A DNA stretch of 64,000 nt from Lama glama (Eukaryota), in the NCBI GenBank assembly GCA_028534125.1, contig CM052817.1, forward strand, positions 90,646,001 to 90,710,000, in the 5' to 3' direction. Each line of letters starts with the position of its first letter. Position 1 is the first letter of the stretch. Shown here piece after piece: positions 11,031-25,391 of the stretch. The notes under the pieces are model-generated. The model saw nothing but the letters and a program-made list of their open reading frames with translations, did not search any database and was not told where the DNA came from. The position numbers and the translations under genes are program-made.

Positions 11031-14000
11031 TACATTCTTGGCACTCTGATACATTGCCTCTTCAACTGTGGAAGATCTGACATCATTTTCAGAGTCTTGA
11101 AGTCTAAAACCACATTCTTTTCCTGTATCCTTAGAGACAAATTAGTATTTGAAGTGTATGTGCAAGTATTTCTACTCTGTACAAGCTCCAATAAAGACAA
11201 ATGCCTTCTTTTAGTGTTTCTTATAATATGTGCAGACTCCAAATACAGCTTTTCAGCAAAACATCCTCTGTATCATTGTACAAGGCAGTCATCACTTCTA
11301 CTGATAAAGGGATGGTGGGATAAGAATAATCAGGATATCCATTTAAGATTGAATTTGGATCCTAGTAGAAACTGATTTATAAAGTTGACTCAGTACTAGA
11401 GCAAATCACTGGCAGTGAACCACTTTCAAAAGAATCCAGACAAAACTAAAAACAAAAGGAAGAAGGGGGAAAAAAAAGTCTTGAGTCAACACAGATTCTC
11501 TGTACTAAGAAAGAAATCAAAATAAAGATGGAGAAAATATCCCACGTGTGTAAAAAAATTCTTCTGCATGAGTAACGTCAGATAACAAAACGCTTGCAGC
11601 GTCAGAGTTGAATTGTTGTCAAAGAATTCTAGAGGGGCTCATTGTCCTCACAAATCAAGGTGCATATTGCATTTTCCTAAAGAAAAAATGCTAAGTTTGA
11701 AAACATTACTTGGAGCCCAGCCAGGGAGATTACCAGTTTATAGGAGCACAATCTATATTTTATTCCTGCATTTTATTGAGATCATTATTTTAGCCTCACA
11801 AATATTTTTTAGAATCAATTCCTACTTCTTTCTTTTTTAGCTTTCTGCAAACTACTGGAGCTCAACTTCCCCACTTTTACAATATATTCTTCAGTTTAGC
11901 ATATTACCTTTAACAATTATGTCTAAAATATTGCAACCTAATCAGAACAGAAAATACTATCATTTTTAGTTAAATATACTGCATAAATAACTTCCAACAA
12001 TCTCCAAGGATATTTTGTAGCTGAAGATTTGTATCATTCTCCTATTAAAAATAAAATAAATTACACCTAAAACATACCCTAATGTTCGCCCAATTATAGT
12101 CTTGTTGATGAAAGTAGTTGTGTGTCTACCTGGCAAATCACTTAATCGTGTATTTCATCTTGCACTTGTTGATTAATAACTGTTTTAATTGACTAAATTG
12201 CAATATACAAATATATTTGAAAACTAGAGAAAACTAAATATGTTAAGGTCACAATTATACTTTATTGAAAAGCCACAAAATCTAATATGAAAGACGATTC
12301 TTTTCCCTCATTCCCCAGGGTGAATATTGAGAAGGCACTAACTTTTGTCCTTTTCCTCATTTCCCAATGATACAGCACCAGCTTATGCATGTTACAGTAG
12401 AAATCATTATACCAGTCTTACTCAATTCTAATTGCTCTATGTCATAGGTCAGGGGTGGGGAAAGCCAGTTTCAGCTTTAGATGAAGTCATTAACTTTCAG
12501 TCACTTAGAAACAGTGCTTGTTCCAACATGTTGGAGAACCTGGGCCCCAACCACTTCTGCAAAGCTCTACAGTAAGAGATGAGATGTTTGGTAGCCCCTG
12601 GCACCATGAGAAAAGACACTGAAAACTACTGTGGACAAGGGGTGGAAATTCTTAAAGAATCAACTAAACTCAACCACAACCTGAAATTTTACACCTGGTG
12701 GATTTTATTGTTATTTTGGGCAGAACTAGGTGGCCACAAACAAAAAATGTGTTCATTAGAAACCCATTCTCAAGGCACATCTATGTGCAGTAAAACTAGG
12801 CACCTCTCAAAAGATAAGGAACAAATATAGAGAGGTGACCTACAAATATGGAGTGTCACAACATTAACAGGATAATTTATTCTGATCTTCACATACTATG
12901 AGTCTTGAATTCACAAACAATCCCAGTTGTAACAATTCATTTAGTCTCTTGACAATGGTGATGGCAATGACAACAATGACTTAATTAGATCTTGATTAAA
13001 CTTACGTTCATTTTAATTTGAAGACCATCTCATTAAGATGATCGTAACTGCTGGGTTTTGGAGAGTTTGCTATGTTCACTTAAGTGATGGGAATTTATTT
13101 GTCCATTTAATCCTCATAGCAAGAGCATTAGAATTTACCTCAAATTCTATCTTGAGGTCTCATGGGTTGATATATGTAAAGTGTTTAGTCCCTGGTTCAT
13201 AATAAGAATTCTAAAAGTGCTAACCATTTGGTAAGTAGAACTATTATCCACATTCTACAATGAGAAAGAATCCTTAAATTATAGAGCTTACAGTATCTAT
13301 GTTCTCATCCACAATTCTGTGTGTTGTATAAACTGTATGAAATTAGAAATCACGTGCATAAGAGAGGACCCACATGTCTTTAAAGTTCAGTTCTCTTCCC
13401 ATACAGTTCTACTCCCTTGATCTCACTTCTCACTCACCTCAATTTCATACCCTCTCTGACAGTATGTCCCTTGCTTCAGAGTGATCTTTGAGCCCCTAAA
13501 CAAGCAATTTCTTACTTCTGGAACAAATTCTAGGAAAGCTTATTGCATTCTATGTCTAATTGTTTGTTTCAAGGTCTCTATTTTCTGAAGCATTCTAGGG
13601 TTTACTCTATCTCTTTTCAATCTCTAACCCATCTCTTAATCCCTGACCTCTCAATATTCTTCATTTTTTCCTTTGTATTGAAGAGTATGCTTAGAAACAC
13701 ATCTATCATTCTCTCTATTGGATTCTTACAAAGTTGTAACTTTATTTGAAGTCTTGGCTGTTTTCTACAAAAGCCCAATTTATTAAAATTGTAAGCTTTG
13801 AAGGATGCCTGTATCAGGAAGCTGCATCTTTGGCCAACGTGCTCCAAAGAAGATATTCACCAAAATTACAAAAAAAAAATTATTACATTATTCAGGTTCC
13901 TAGCTATACCAAATATCGCACAATTGTGAAGCATCACCCCAAGATTCAATCTATTTCCTCTCCCTCCATTTAACAGGCGTGAAACTCAAAAGCAAAAGCA

Positions 14001-14559
14001 CAATCTCTATCCATTAATAAATTGTATGTTGTGTCCAATAAGTGAAGTAGTGAGTGCAATTATACAAGAAGTGCACCATGTTCAAATAATAAATCACTTT
14101 GATATTTATAAAATATTGTACCATGAATCAAAACTTTTATTAGACTCATAAGGCATTTTACTTAAGCTACTTCACAGTGACTGTGAAATATTTCACAAAT
14201 TTTTGACATGAAATTATGTAAAGTTTTCTATACTTTCAATGCCAGATTTACACTTGATACCTATTGCTATGATAGTCTTACAAGCCAGAAGGGTCCCTAC
14301 ACTAGAGAGTGAGTGTGACAGATCAAGAATAGCCCTTGCAGCCCATTCTACACTGAGAATCAACAGGACATGAGCCCAATGATTCATCTTGTCTCCATCT
14401 CAGTTTTTCTCATCTACAAAATGGGTTGGTCGACACAATCCTGATTTGTTTCCAAATTCTATTCAAAAAAACTCTCTAAATAGCCCATATAATTTTCAAG
14501 AGATTGGTAAAATATTATTCATAAGAATATTTCGCTTAGTTACCATACTGTATATTTAA

Positions 14560-14642
14560 TATCTATGGTGTTCATAATTGAAACTTAGCTGTACACCAGA
14601 AATTGACATATTGTAACTGACTATACTTCAGGGGAAAAAAAG
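14560..14642 (+). mobile_element. Short 5'-truncated young L1 3' tail
   Basis: 'gctgtacaccagaaattgacatattgtaactgactatacttca' plus an A-rich tail; same terminal sequence type as the L1s at 26240 and 46667. Confidence 0.75.
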
Positions 14643-17600
14643 ATGCTACCATGTCACATTCCTGACAAAACTAAATCATATTCTAAGCTACAATAAGCAG
14701 TTTTGTAATTTATCCTACTTAAAATGTTTCTATAATAAATATTTCCTTGATCTCTATAGAAAAAACAGTATCTATATTAAGAAAGCTTTAAGGAAAAAAC
14801 TGATAATATACAAATGTTGCACATAATTTTTTAAGTGGGTGCTTTTAAAAAATTAACTCTCTCTTTAAAGTAATTACAAAAATTAGATATATTTCAGAGA
14901 TGCAGAAGTGTTTTTGTTCCATTATTAGGATGCAAATTTTCTTGCCAAATTCTCTCCTCTTTGCTTCTGGGCCTCTGTCTTCTACTCTCAACTTAGAAAT
15001 GCTGTGTGAACTAGGAAACATAGCAGAAAGCAAACACAAACCAGTGTAAATCACACCCATTTTCCAGCACGGACATTGGCGTAATTTTTGTGAAGGGTAT
15101 GTTTCTGTATAACGATCTCTGCCTACATTAACTTTAGAAAATATATTCAGAAAGGAGACACATTCAACACTGAAGACCAGGACGCCAGGGGAGAATAATG
15201 ACTTATTACAAATAGCTCACTTCAGATAATACCAGAGATTTATTCAACTAGATGCTCCTGGGTCCTGATGTCTGACAGCTGTACTAGAATGCAAACACAG
15301 TATCTGCCTCTGCAGTGGTTCTCACAAACAGGAGCTTTTAAACACTCTGATTTTTTTCAAATGGATTTTTGTAATGGAAGGAAAAATATCAGAGAGAGTG
15401 GAAATCAAATTATTTTTTGCTCTTCCCTTATAGCCACTTTAAAACAGTTTCAGAGGTTGTTTTGCTAAGGAATTTGCTAGCAACACACAAATAACTCCAT
15501 TTTCAAAGTAAAATGAACAGGGATAGAATGACTATAAACACATCAGCTACCTTTCTGGATTTGTCCTGGTTTTCATCACTAAGTTTTTGCTTGATGTAAG
15601 AGTGTGATTCCTTTTTAGGAGAGTTATTATACTGAAACAAACAAACAAAGCAAAACATTATTTGAAATGGAAAACCAGGGAAAAAAAAGATCCAAGGTAT
15701 GAAATTTCAAAAGAAAACTTCCCTGTGGCACTGCTGCTTTTATTTTTAAGGTATTGATCTTTATTGTTTACTTAGACTTTCAGAGCTGGAAAGAAAATGA
15801 TACAATTATCTAACTCGCCTCCCTGTTTTAAAGTAAGGAAATTTTTGTTTTATTAATGAATGCAAAAATTCTTTTTTTTTCAAAAATTATTTCTGCACTA
15901 CAATAACTTAGTATTTCCCATTATGAATGTTCCTTGATTCTGGCTCGAATATTGCTATTTATTCCAAAGAACATTCTTTTCAGCAAAGTAAATCTTAAAA
16001 GTGCACAGCAATTACAAACTTTATTTTTAAATACATTTGTGAGTAACACTGTCCAACCTGAAAACGCTAGACTTAGGAATTCAGTGCAAGTTTTTTTTTT
16101 TTATACTTATCCAGTGACCTCAGGATAGGTTGTACCCCATCAAACTGGTGGTATTCTATGCTGCTCAGTGTAAGGCCTGCTAAATCACTTAGGAGCAACA
16201 TAATCTGAAATGTGGGCTGTGTGTTGCTAGAATGAAAATTCAGATGTTATGTCTGTTTCTTAGTTTGATACGTTCCCTTGATCTTCAGCTGTCAGAAAAA
16301 CTTGGGGTGTTATATTTTTTATGGTTTAAAAAGTATTGACAGATGTGAGACCACAGTTCTTTTAAGCAAAAAGATTATGTTTTCACAATTCAAATAATCT
16401 AGTAAAGAAGAAACTTTGTTTATAAACAATATCTTATTGTTACCACTGGGTTATAACATCATAAAATAGCAAAACAGAAGTCTAATCTCTCATGGCCCAA
16501 TGTTTAAAAATACATATATGTATATATTTTTATTTTCATATACATCCACCTACATTTGGATATATATTAATTGCAAGTCACACAACCAAAAATTAATACA
16601 TTGTGTGTAATTTATTATCTTCATTCGAAGTCTGTAAACTAAACACATGAAGTTTGACAGCTTGTAGCCTTGCAAACCACAAACAGGCATTTACAATCAT
16701 CAGAAAAGAGAAGTTTTTTCTCTTTTCTTCTGATAATAATTCTGCGGAATCCCTTTAGAATATCAAAGTAACGTTCAGAGAGAAAAGGAAACCAGGAAGT
16801 ATATCTGTGATCATTATATCCACTGCAAGGGAAAATAGTTTTAAAAGAAATTTGTGAGAAGACACCATTGTCAATATTATAACAAACAAGCAGGTAAGAA
16901 TAAGGTAAAGAAAGGTAAAACATAAGCTAACACTGTTTCAAAGTAAACCTTTAGCCTGAAATTTATTCCACTGGATTTATTTAAGGCTACCCAGGACTGG
17001 GTCTTTATTGGCCTTCTTAATTTTTTTCCCCAATGAAAACTGTCTCTAAATGCACTATTTGCACTGCTTTGCTCCAAAGCAAACTATTTTTAGAAAACTA
17101 CATTCAGTTTAATGGGAATAATTAGAACCATGAGGCTTCCAAGAGTTTTAGAAAATTATTTAAATCTTTGTGAATTTTTAAAATAAGAACTCCTGTCATG
17201 CACAGATTATTGGGTCAGTATTTATATTTAAACAGAAATATAATTGTGAAACACAAACATAATTATGCTTGGCTTATATAGCATTTTATATTTTCTAAAA
17301 CGTTTTAATGTACTTCACCTTATTTGGTTGGCAGACCCTGTATTATAGGTTAATTAGTTATTATCGTATACCCTGAGCATTTGCTGGGCCAATTTCTCTC
17401 TCTGCTTTCAATCAGCACTGTCTTTTATTCTTTTCTATGACAACAAAAGAAAGAACCTAAGCCTTAACTTGGTAGGGAAGTCATAAAGAATTTATTTTAT
17501 ATGCATCATAGTTGAAGTATTAGCAATCTAGCTTTGATCCTGAGTTAAATACCTGAACATTGGTTTGCCCAATTATAGAGAAAGACTTTTCACTGCTTGT

Positions 17601-18524
17601 AGGGACATGATACTGTTTTTGTTAAAATGCTTGAAAAAATAAGACTACTTTATGTGCAAATCATGTATGCCACAAACATCTGTATTTACGTATATATGTG
17701 ATCACTATTTAAATTACAAATTCAAAACTGTAAAATAGGCAGCAGCAGAAATCAATGTGATGAGGAGTATTTTTATTCCCAGACTTGGAAAGCTGACTTT
17801 TTGACTTTAGTATTCTACCCGTGACTTGGCAGATAGAAGAAAAAAGGATTTTAATCTGAGATTCCTCAGATGCTGGCCTTATTTAAAATTATGAGCAGTA
17901 TCAGCTCATTTAGGTACCTTGACAAAAAAGTTGTCAATAGTGCAAAAGTGATTTAGAGATTTAATTCTTCACCTAGATGACTAAAAATGAAATAAATGTA
18001 AAGATGTGCAGTATATAGACAATACTGGCCAATATTATTTGAAGGGTATTACTACTGCTTGTCAAGTGAGCAAAGAGACTGTCCCAGGCATCCTGGTCCC
18101 AAGCATCCTGAGCTTTCCCACAGTTCATCCCACCTCTACCCTCAGGTGAACTTCTGGGTTTCCTGGCCAACAGAAAGCAAGGACTCAAATATATGTCATA
18201 TACAGGTGACTTCAACCCCAAATATCAAGTTGTACCTGTTGGTGTACCTGAGAGTTGAGATGCCTCCCAGAGGGAAAAATGAAACTTAAAACTTTGCCTT
18301 GTAAATGTCCACTAAAGCCTCTCGGACTGGGAAAAGCAAGCAAAAGGACCCATACTCACAGATGCTCGTACCCTGAGAGAGTATATCTTATATAGGCTGA
18401 AGGAGGCAGCACAGAGCACAGGATGCTGGATTTAACAGGAGGACCTGTGCTTCAGAGGAGAATCCATCTATCTCCAATGGCATGGGAAGCTCTTTGCACA
18501 CTCCAGGATGAAAGGGTTGGGAGG

Positions 18525-19548
18525 CAAAGATAGGTTTACCATGAAGCAAATGAACTTTAAGCTTCAAGGACTCTCAATATGCCTAAGAGAGTTTAAAGAA
18601 GTGTTTGAATGGTCATGAAGTTTTGGAAATTTACCAAACATAAGATGTTTTAATGCCAACCACTAAAGACCACCAACTCTCTATCCCAATTTCTACTCTG
18701 GGTCAAGTGGTTGCAGGCATGTTTGGGATCCATTAAAGTATAAGTTGAGTCAGGGGTGCATTTATATTGGGTTTAATGAGATATATTCCTGTGGTCCTCA
18801 GTCATTTATGTGTGTGGTTAGGTTACTGCTGGCTGGGAGAGGCTTCCAGGAACACGCTACTGCATAGACACACCCAGTTTCAGGACACAAACAGGCAGAT
18901 CCAGAGATCAGATCACAATGTGAGCAAACTCTTTAGCACCTGGAACCAGAGCTTGTGGGTAGGGAGGAAGTGAGATATGAAATGTACAGAGCCAGAAACT
19001 AGACTGTGGGAAAATTTTCCAATCATTAGATAAGTTAAAATTGTAAGCAGAGAATTTGATTCACATCGACAACTAGTCAAAAGGAATTGACTCCTGTCAA
19101 AAATACACTTGATAAATAAGTGTCTACAATTATAAACACACCATAGTGATTTTCTGAAATTCTACAATCCTAAAAATTGACATGATGGTATCAATATTAA
19201 GTGGTGAAAACATCAATAAAAACAAATTTTAATCAACCATCCCAAAGGAAAGACAGAATTATCTTTCTATAGTTTACAGAAAATATTATAAAACCTTTCT
19301 TATATGAAAAGGTATTCAAAGAATATTCAGCCCAAAAGTGGAGGAAAAAAGGTATCTTAGTGGTGTGGGGATTTTTTGATGTCCTTGGAATTAAGTCAAC
19401 TTTTTAAAACATGCTGTGGTTTTTGGATTCTGTATCAGTAGTCTCTTTCATTGCCTAAATTTGTATTCATACTATTGTATCCTTTTCTTAAAGAGTTTCT
19501 ACAAAATTATATGAACGTCAGGCTTGATGAGACCTATATCTTTCCCTG
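18525..19548. mobile_element. hAT-Tip100 DNA transposon (Zaphod-like)
   Basis: Left end 'ggtttaccatgaagcaaatgaactttaagcttcaaggactctc' and right end 'tcaggcttgatgagacctatatctttccctg' resemble Zaphod-type termini. Confidence 0.65.
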
Positions 19549-19849
19549 AGTGGTGTATTAATACTAATTTTCCCTCATTTATACCTGAACCAGGATGCTG
19601 AGTAGGATTCTTCCAATAGTCTGAGATTGCTACTGAAGTCCCGAAGTTGACAACTCTTGGTGGTAAATATCACAGACTCTACAGAGTGCAATACATTTCC
19701 ATAGGACCCACCAGGGGTTCTGTCTGCTACCCCAAACATCACACACCCTATCTCAGCCTTCTAGCCTTACATAAAATCAGACTAAACATCTCAAAGAGAA
19801 TGAGAAAGAATCACGAGTCATTGGTCTAAAGAGAGACTGTAACGTGTAC

Positions 19850-20228
19850 ATCTCCTCCCATGCAGATTAACTTTCCAAGCCTCCTTTACGTGCCCCTGCC
19901 CTGAGAGGCAGCCTGTCTGGGCTGCATCAGTGGGTTCATGCTCTCTGGCTGTCCATGGCTGCCACTCTTGGGAAGAGAGGGCAGGAGATGGGAGACAGGA
20001 AGGAGAGCTGTAGTGTTATAAGAGCTGGCTGCATCTATCAGGTGAAAAACACAACTCTTATTGGGAGAACTTCTCTCCACCCAGCTCTGTCTCCGGCTCC
20101 AATAACCACTTTCTCCCTAATCTATCAGTCTTAGAGGTAGTGGCTGTCAGAATTCCAGGGTACTGAATTCTCCTTTTTGATGTTCCTATATCCTCCCACA
20201 TCTTTTTAAATGGCCATTTTTTAATGAA
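19850..20228 (+). mobile_element. ERVL LTR (LTR33-like)
   Basis: 'ccaataaccactttctccctaatctatcagtcttagaggtagtgg' and 'cccacatctttttaaatggcc' resemble the LTR33 3' half. Confidence 0.6.
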
Positions 20229-20304
20229 TAAGTAAAATGTATTGTTTTACTTGGATCACTTTATCACAAGTTATATTTTCTCACCCATAGGCTTTCCCAG
20301 TTGA

Positions 20305-20539
20305 GTTTTTTTCTTTTCCAATTTCTTTATCATAAAATGCACAACATTGACTATATTTATCACTTGTAAGTGTACAGTTCAGTGATATTAAGTATATTCA
20401 TATTGTTGGACAATCATCACCCTCATCCATCTCCAGAACTCTGCATCTTGCAAAGCTGAAATTCTGCACTCATTAAACAATAACTCCTTCTTCTTCCCTC
20501 CCCCAGTCCCTGGCAACCACCATTCTACTTCCTGTCTCT
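20305..20539 (-). mobile_element. L1MB-like 3' end (poly-A side of an inverted insertion)
   Basis: 'aagtgtacagttcagtgatattaagtatattcatattgttg' and 'cccagtccctggcaaccaccattctacttcctgtctcta'. Confidence 0.85.
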
Positions 20540-21147
20540 AAAAAGACAACCTACAGAATGGGAAAAAATACTTATATCATATATTTGATAATGGATTAAT
20601 TATGCAGATTATATGGAAAACTACCAACACTTACCAACAAAAACAAAATTCAATTTTAAAAATGGTGAAAGGCTTGAACAATTTCTCCAAAGAAGATACA
20701 CAAATGGCCAAAAAGCACATGAAAAGATGCTCAGTATAACTAATCATTAATGAAATGCAAATCAAAACCACAATGAGATACCATATCAAACCCATTAGGA
20801 AGAATACCATTTAAAAAACCCACAGAAAATAATAATACAGGTAAAAATGTGGAGATGTTGGAACCTTAGGGCACTCACCTATCAAGGAATGCAAAATGGT
20901 ACAGCAGCTATGGAAAACAGCATGGTAATTCCTAAAAAAAAAAAAATACAATTACATGTGCTGTACTAATTCTGCTTCTAAGCATATACACAAAAGATTT
21001 GAAATCAGGGTCTCAAAAGTGATATTTTGTACAACCATGTTTATAACAGCATTGTTCACAAAGCTAAAACAAGCATCGACAGATGAATGGATAAACAAAA
21101 TGTAGTATATACAAACAATGAAATACCATTCAGCCTTAACTAGGAAG
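20540..21147 (+). mobile_element. L1 ORF2 C-terminal segment (inverted part of the same insertion)
   Basis: 'aaaagacaacctacagaatggg', 'gaaatgcaaatcaaaaccacaatgagatacc' and 'gatgaatggataaacaaaatgtag'. Confidence 0.9.
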
Positions 21148-21678
21148 TAAATAGTCTCTTTGTCCCTCAAGGTTTTTTTAAACCTCTCTTGATCCACTTG
21201 AAAAGTCATATCTATTTCTTATTGTCATTCAAACAATATATCTACAACTACGTGCAGGGGTTTTCAGGAAAATCACTCAAAGAGATTAGATGTCAACCAA
21301 AAGAGGAAACAGGCTTTTAAATATCTCTGGACTTCTGCTTATTCAGAGGACTTGCTCGTCTTCCCTCTCAGCTGTGGGGTTTCCTGCCAGAGGCAGGAGC
21401 TGAGGGGACTCAGAAGGGTCACACAGGAACACATTCCCTCGGGTCATGGACTGGAGCACCGGGAAGTCACCTGCAGAGCCTCCTAAGAGTGTGCATGTGT
21501 CCCATGAGATGACCCCTGTTTAAGATCCTGCCACTAAGGGCAGCACAGCAGAATCCTGAGAATCAATTGAGAGGGAACTGCTTAGTATCATGCGTTCAGT
21601 TACACAAAAGACATTTTTTCTATTTCCTTTCCCCTCTTCCAAGCTCCAACACCCTGGAGGATCCAAAGGATGTAAGAG

Positions 21679-21887
21679 TAGGGTTACCAGACAAAATACA
21701 GAATGCCCATGCATTTGAATTTCAGATCAACAGCAACAAGAAAAAAAACATTAGTATAAATATGTACCATGAAATATTTGGATTATATTTATACTAAAAA
21801 GAACTTACTTGTCTGATTCAGAGTAAACTGGGCATCTTGCTTTGCTTTTTTTTTTGTTATTGTTTGTTTTCTAAATGTGACAAACTA
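21679..21887. mobile_element. MER3-like hAT-Charlie MITE
   Basis: Termini 'tagggttaccagacaaaatacag' and 'ctaaatgtgacaaacta'; about 209 bp and quasi-palindromic. Confidence 0.8.
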
Positions 21888-23119
21888 ATGTAAGATACAG
21901 GAGACAGCGTCTCAGGATCAGAGCTTCTCCCACCCATACGCACACACACAATTTAGAGCTGATCAGTGAGGAGGAGGAGAAGAGAAAGTTTTAGATCACA
22001 AAAGAGATTGAATTCTAAATTATTCTAGACCAGAATGGACTTTTTTCCAAGATAAAAGGACAGGAAGGAAATTTCTACAGTCTCTCCTAAGTCCCTCTAA
22101 AGTGTGACAAGGAGAAAAAGCAAAACAAGTTCATGTTTTGGTGCCTCATCAATTTCAGGTTTATTCAGGAAGATAATTAAATGTCCAGAACTTGATAAAA
22201 TGTTCAAATACAACATTAATTCTAATGTGGAACATAGCTATCTACATACAGAAAACTACCATCCCTAGAAATAGATGCAATGAGTTTGTGGAACAACAGC
22301 CATGACATTCTTTGAGGACGGATGCCAGAATTTTGATGAGGATTCTCAGAGATCAGTGAGGGCTTGGGAAATATCAGAGAACTGAGATGTGAATGAAAAT
22401 GAGGACTTTCCAGCCTCGTATTTAAAGCCACTGTGCAGACATAAAGTGCTTAGCTGGAGGTTCAAGTGGGAATAGCAGGAATAGAGCCCTGGTAGAGTGT
22501 TCTGAGGATGCTGATTGCTCTGCAGCCTCCAGAGATCTCTCGTGAAAGAAAGGGATGTCTAGAAAGTGATACTTACACACCACCTCGGATACTCAATTTT
22601 TCAAAAGACTGAACCTCTTCCAAAAGAGAGAAGGAAAAAACTGTAAGAATAGCCCACATCTTACGACCTGACATTAAGCAGAAAGATAGGATCATCTAAT
22701 ACAATGGACAAAGAGTGTGTTCTCTCTAGCCTTTGATAGAAAACAGGAAGGCACAAAAATACGGGGAATTCTGCATCTGTCTTAGGGGAAGAAAACTGGG
22801 AGCCCTACTTGAAATGGATTATTGAGATGCAAGCCTACTGTTCTCCTGAACTTAAGCTAATCTGGGGAAAGCAGGAGAGGGAGGTCAAAGTCAATGAAAA
22901 CAGAAAGAGGGAAAAGATGAGAAACTGTTTATAGTCATGAAGATCCCTAGCAGGGCCTTAAGTAGAACAGGTGATTCCTGGGAACACTGTTCAGTGACAA
23001 CTTTAAGACCTGAGACTCAATAAATCAGACAGGTTGACCCTGCTTCCTTGAGTGAGTGCTCAGGTATCAGATGTCAATGTGGTAGATCTTCTTCTCGTAA
23101 ACTGATAGAATAGTAAGCA

Positions 23120-23390
23120 AGGTGAAGAATAATATAGAAGGCCTACCTTGTAGGGACAGAGATCAATTCACCTGTGTAAAATTGTCAGAGAACCCCTTTC
23201 TGAGAAAGCAGCATTTAAGATGAGGAGTCAGCCTTGCAACAGCAAAAGGGAAGAGCCACTAGACTAAACAGTACGTGGTATGGTTTCAAGGTGAAAGGCA
23301 GCTTTGCATGTTTGAGGTACTGAATGGATATCCATTTGGCTGGAGCACAGTGAGAGAGCAAATGGCACAAAGGAGTTAGGGAGGTAAGTT
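23120..23390 (-). mobile_element. L2 fragment
   Basis: 'tctgagaaagcagcatttaagatgag' and 'gcatgtttgaggtactgaa...tggctggagcacagtgag'. Confidence 0.65.
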
Positions 23391-24884
23391 ATAAGTTAAA
23401 CAAGAAAATGAATAAATGGAGGATGTTTGCATTCCATTTAACAGCCAGATTTGTGAAAAAAGGTACAAAGTGAATAGCAACTGTTTTGTACAGGAAAGAA
23501 AAGTAAAATGGATCCCAAGAAACTAGAAATAGACAAGAATTTAAAGTCTTGGGGAAAGACATAAATGTGAAAAGTAGGTGTGGGGTCCATGGTTAGAAAG
23601 ACAGACTTCTCCCCTTGATTCAAGAAAGCTGGTGAAGCAGAGATTCCCTGCCCAGAACCCCCACATTTGGAAAGCATCAGTGCAAAGGAAAGCTCCCTTG
23701 TTTCTCTCCATGAAGCTGCAAGAGGACCATCACTTAAAACAGGTATTAAGGGAAAACCTGTGTGCTCAGGTTTTTCCTACCTGCAAAGAACAGCTCCTAG
23801 GTGACTGGTTTTTGAGAAGATGGCAGTCATTCCCATTGAAAATTAGAAAGTATCATATAGTCAATACTGAGAATTACTTAGATAACTATGAACATAACCG
23901 TCAACTTCTTGAGACAAAGTAGAATTAAGTCAAGAAAATAGATCTTTAAATCATTAAATGTTGGAACTGGAAGATAACTTGAAGTACAAGTCATCAATCT
24001 CTTGATTTTATTAATTGGGAAAGTGAGTCAAAAATAAAGCAAGTGACTGAAGGACAGCTATAACAGATTTGATGGTTACTAATTTAATTAATGTGTGTTC
24101 CCCCTTGTCCATCCTTTTACTTCCAAGTTTACCATACACAAAACTTTAAAACCTCTGAAGAAAGTTAAGTGGTATCCAAGAACAGCCTTTCTATTGATGA
24201 ATGAAGTGAATGGAATGTAAGTTTTCATCTACATATTTCCTGCAAGAGAGAAGTTTGGGGAGCTTAACATCTCCTTCTTCGAGAGCACACAGTAATTTGC
24301 AGAGGTGTTGACTTCAAAATCCCATCTGTAATGTTGCCAGAGCAACCATGGCCCAGTGAACTTGCTCCAGAAGTTACCAGTTATTAGAGAAGTAAGATAA
24401 CTCAGAGACATAGGTCTGTAACAATTCTTTGCCAACAAAATGTAATTCAGAGAAAGTAATTATTAATTTTGAATGACCCTGTTATTTCAAAGACAAACCT
24501 ATCCACTTTGTAAGTATAAATAGCAAAAAGAAATTTTTATAATATAAATTGTTTAAAGAGGGGAAGCAATTCAGGAAGAATTACTAAAATGAGTAATTCT
24601 AGAGTTTGGGACTCTAAACATTTTGGGCTATCAAAATTTCCAAGCCAATTTGAAAATCCTGTATCTCAAAATATGTTTAATACCTTGGTAAACAATCAGC
24701 TCTCATATTTCAATTATTTTTCCTCCACAGTCAGGAACATATTTTTCTCCCTTGATGGTGAAATTTTAAAAAATAATATACAAACTGCTGATTTAGAGAA
24801 TGTGATCCTAGTAAAAAATGTATCATCTCTCTGAATCTTCCTGATCCATTTCAATCTGTAGTTTCTTATGCAACAAAATGATGT

Positions 24885-25391
24885 TGTAAGCAAAAGATGG
24901 CCCCCCAAGAGATGTCCACATTCTAGACCTCAGAACCTATGAATGTTAGTTTACATGGCAAAGGGGAATTTACTGTACAGATGGAATTAGGTTGTAAATC
25001 AGCTGACCTCTAAATAGGGGAGATTATCCTGAAATACCCAGATGGACCCAACTAATTACAATGGTCTTTAAATATCAAAGAAGGGGGCAGAAGATTCCAT
25101 GTCAGAATTAGACAATCTGAAAAAGACTTGAATGGCCATTACTGGCTTTGAAGATGGAAGGGGCCAGAGTCAAGTCATGTGGGCAAGTGGAAAAGGCAAG
25201 AAAACACATCCTCTCCCAGAGCCTCCAGAAAGGAAGGCAGCCCAGCTCTCATCTTGATTTTAGCCCAGTGAGACCCATTTTGGATTTCTGACCTCTTGAA
25301 GTCCAAACAATTGGACTGTAAGATGATACGTTTGTATTGTTTTAAACTACTAAGTAGTAATTTGTCACAGCAGTCACAGGAAACTAATATA
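24885..25391 (+). mobile_element. MaLR LTR (MLT1D-like)
   Basis: 'atggccccccaagagatgtccacattcta', 'aatcagctgacctctaaataggggagattatcctg' and 'tttgtcacagcagtcacaggaaactaatata'. Confidence 0.88.

Noticed and set aside
15068..15096. 29-nt plus-strand micro-exon-like segment (ttttccag|...|gtatgt)
   Set aside because: Weak polypyrimidine tract, no partner exons and no recognisable peptide.
16668..16684. 17-mer ccttgcaaaccacaaac repeated at 59363
   Set aside because: One 17-nt match in 64 kb of AT-rich DNA is not unexpected, and the flanks are unrelated.
16639..16923. 94-aa minus-strand ORF and a plus-strand exon-like segment ending cag|gtaaga (~16893)
   Set aside because: No recognisable protein; the plus-strand segment has stops in all three frames.
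22400..22430. NF-kB-like ggactttcc followed by TATA-like tatttaaa
   Set aside because: Imperfect short motifs with no CpG island or downstream gene evidence.
24229..24438. Minus-strand ORF containing CYRPMSL, resembling the RT motif NYRPISL
   Set aside because: No further RT motifs at the expected spacing.
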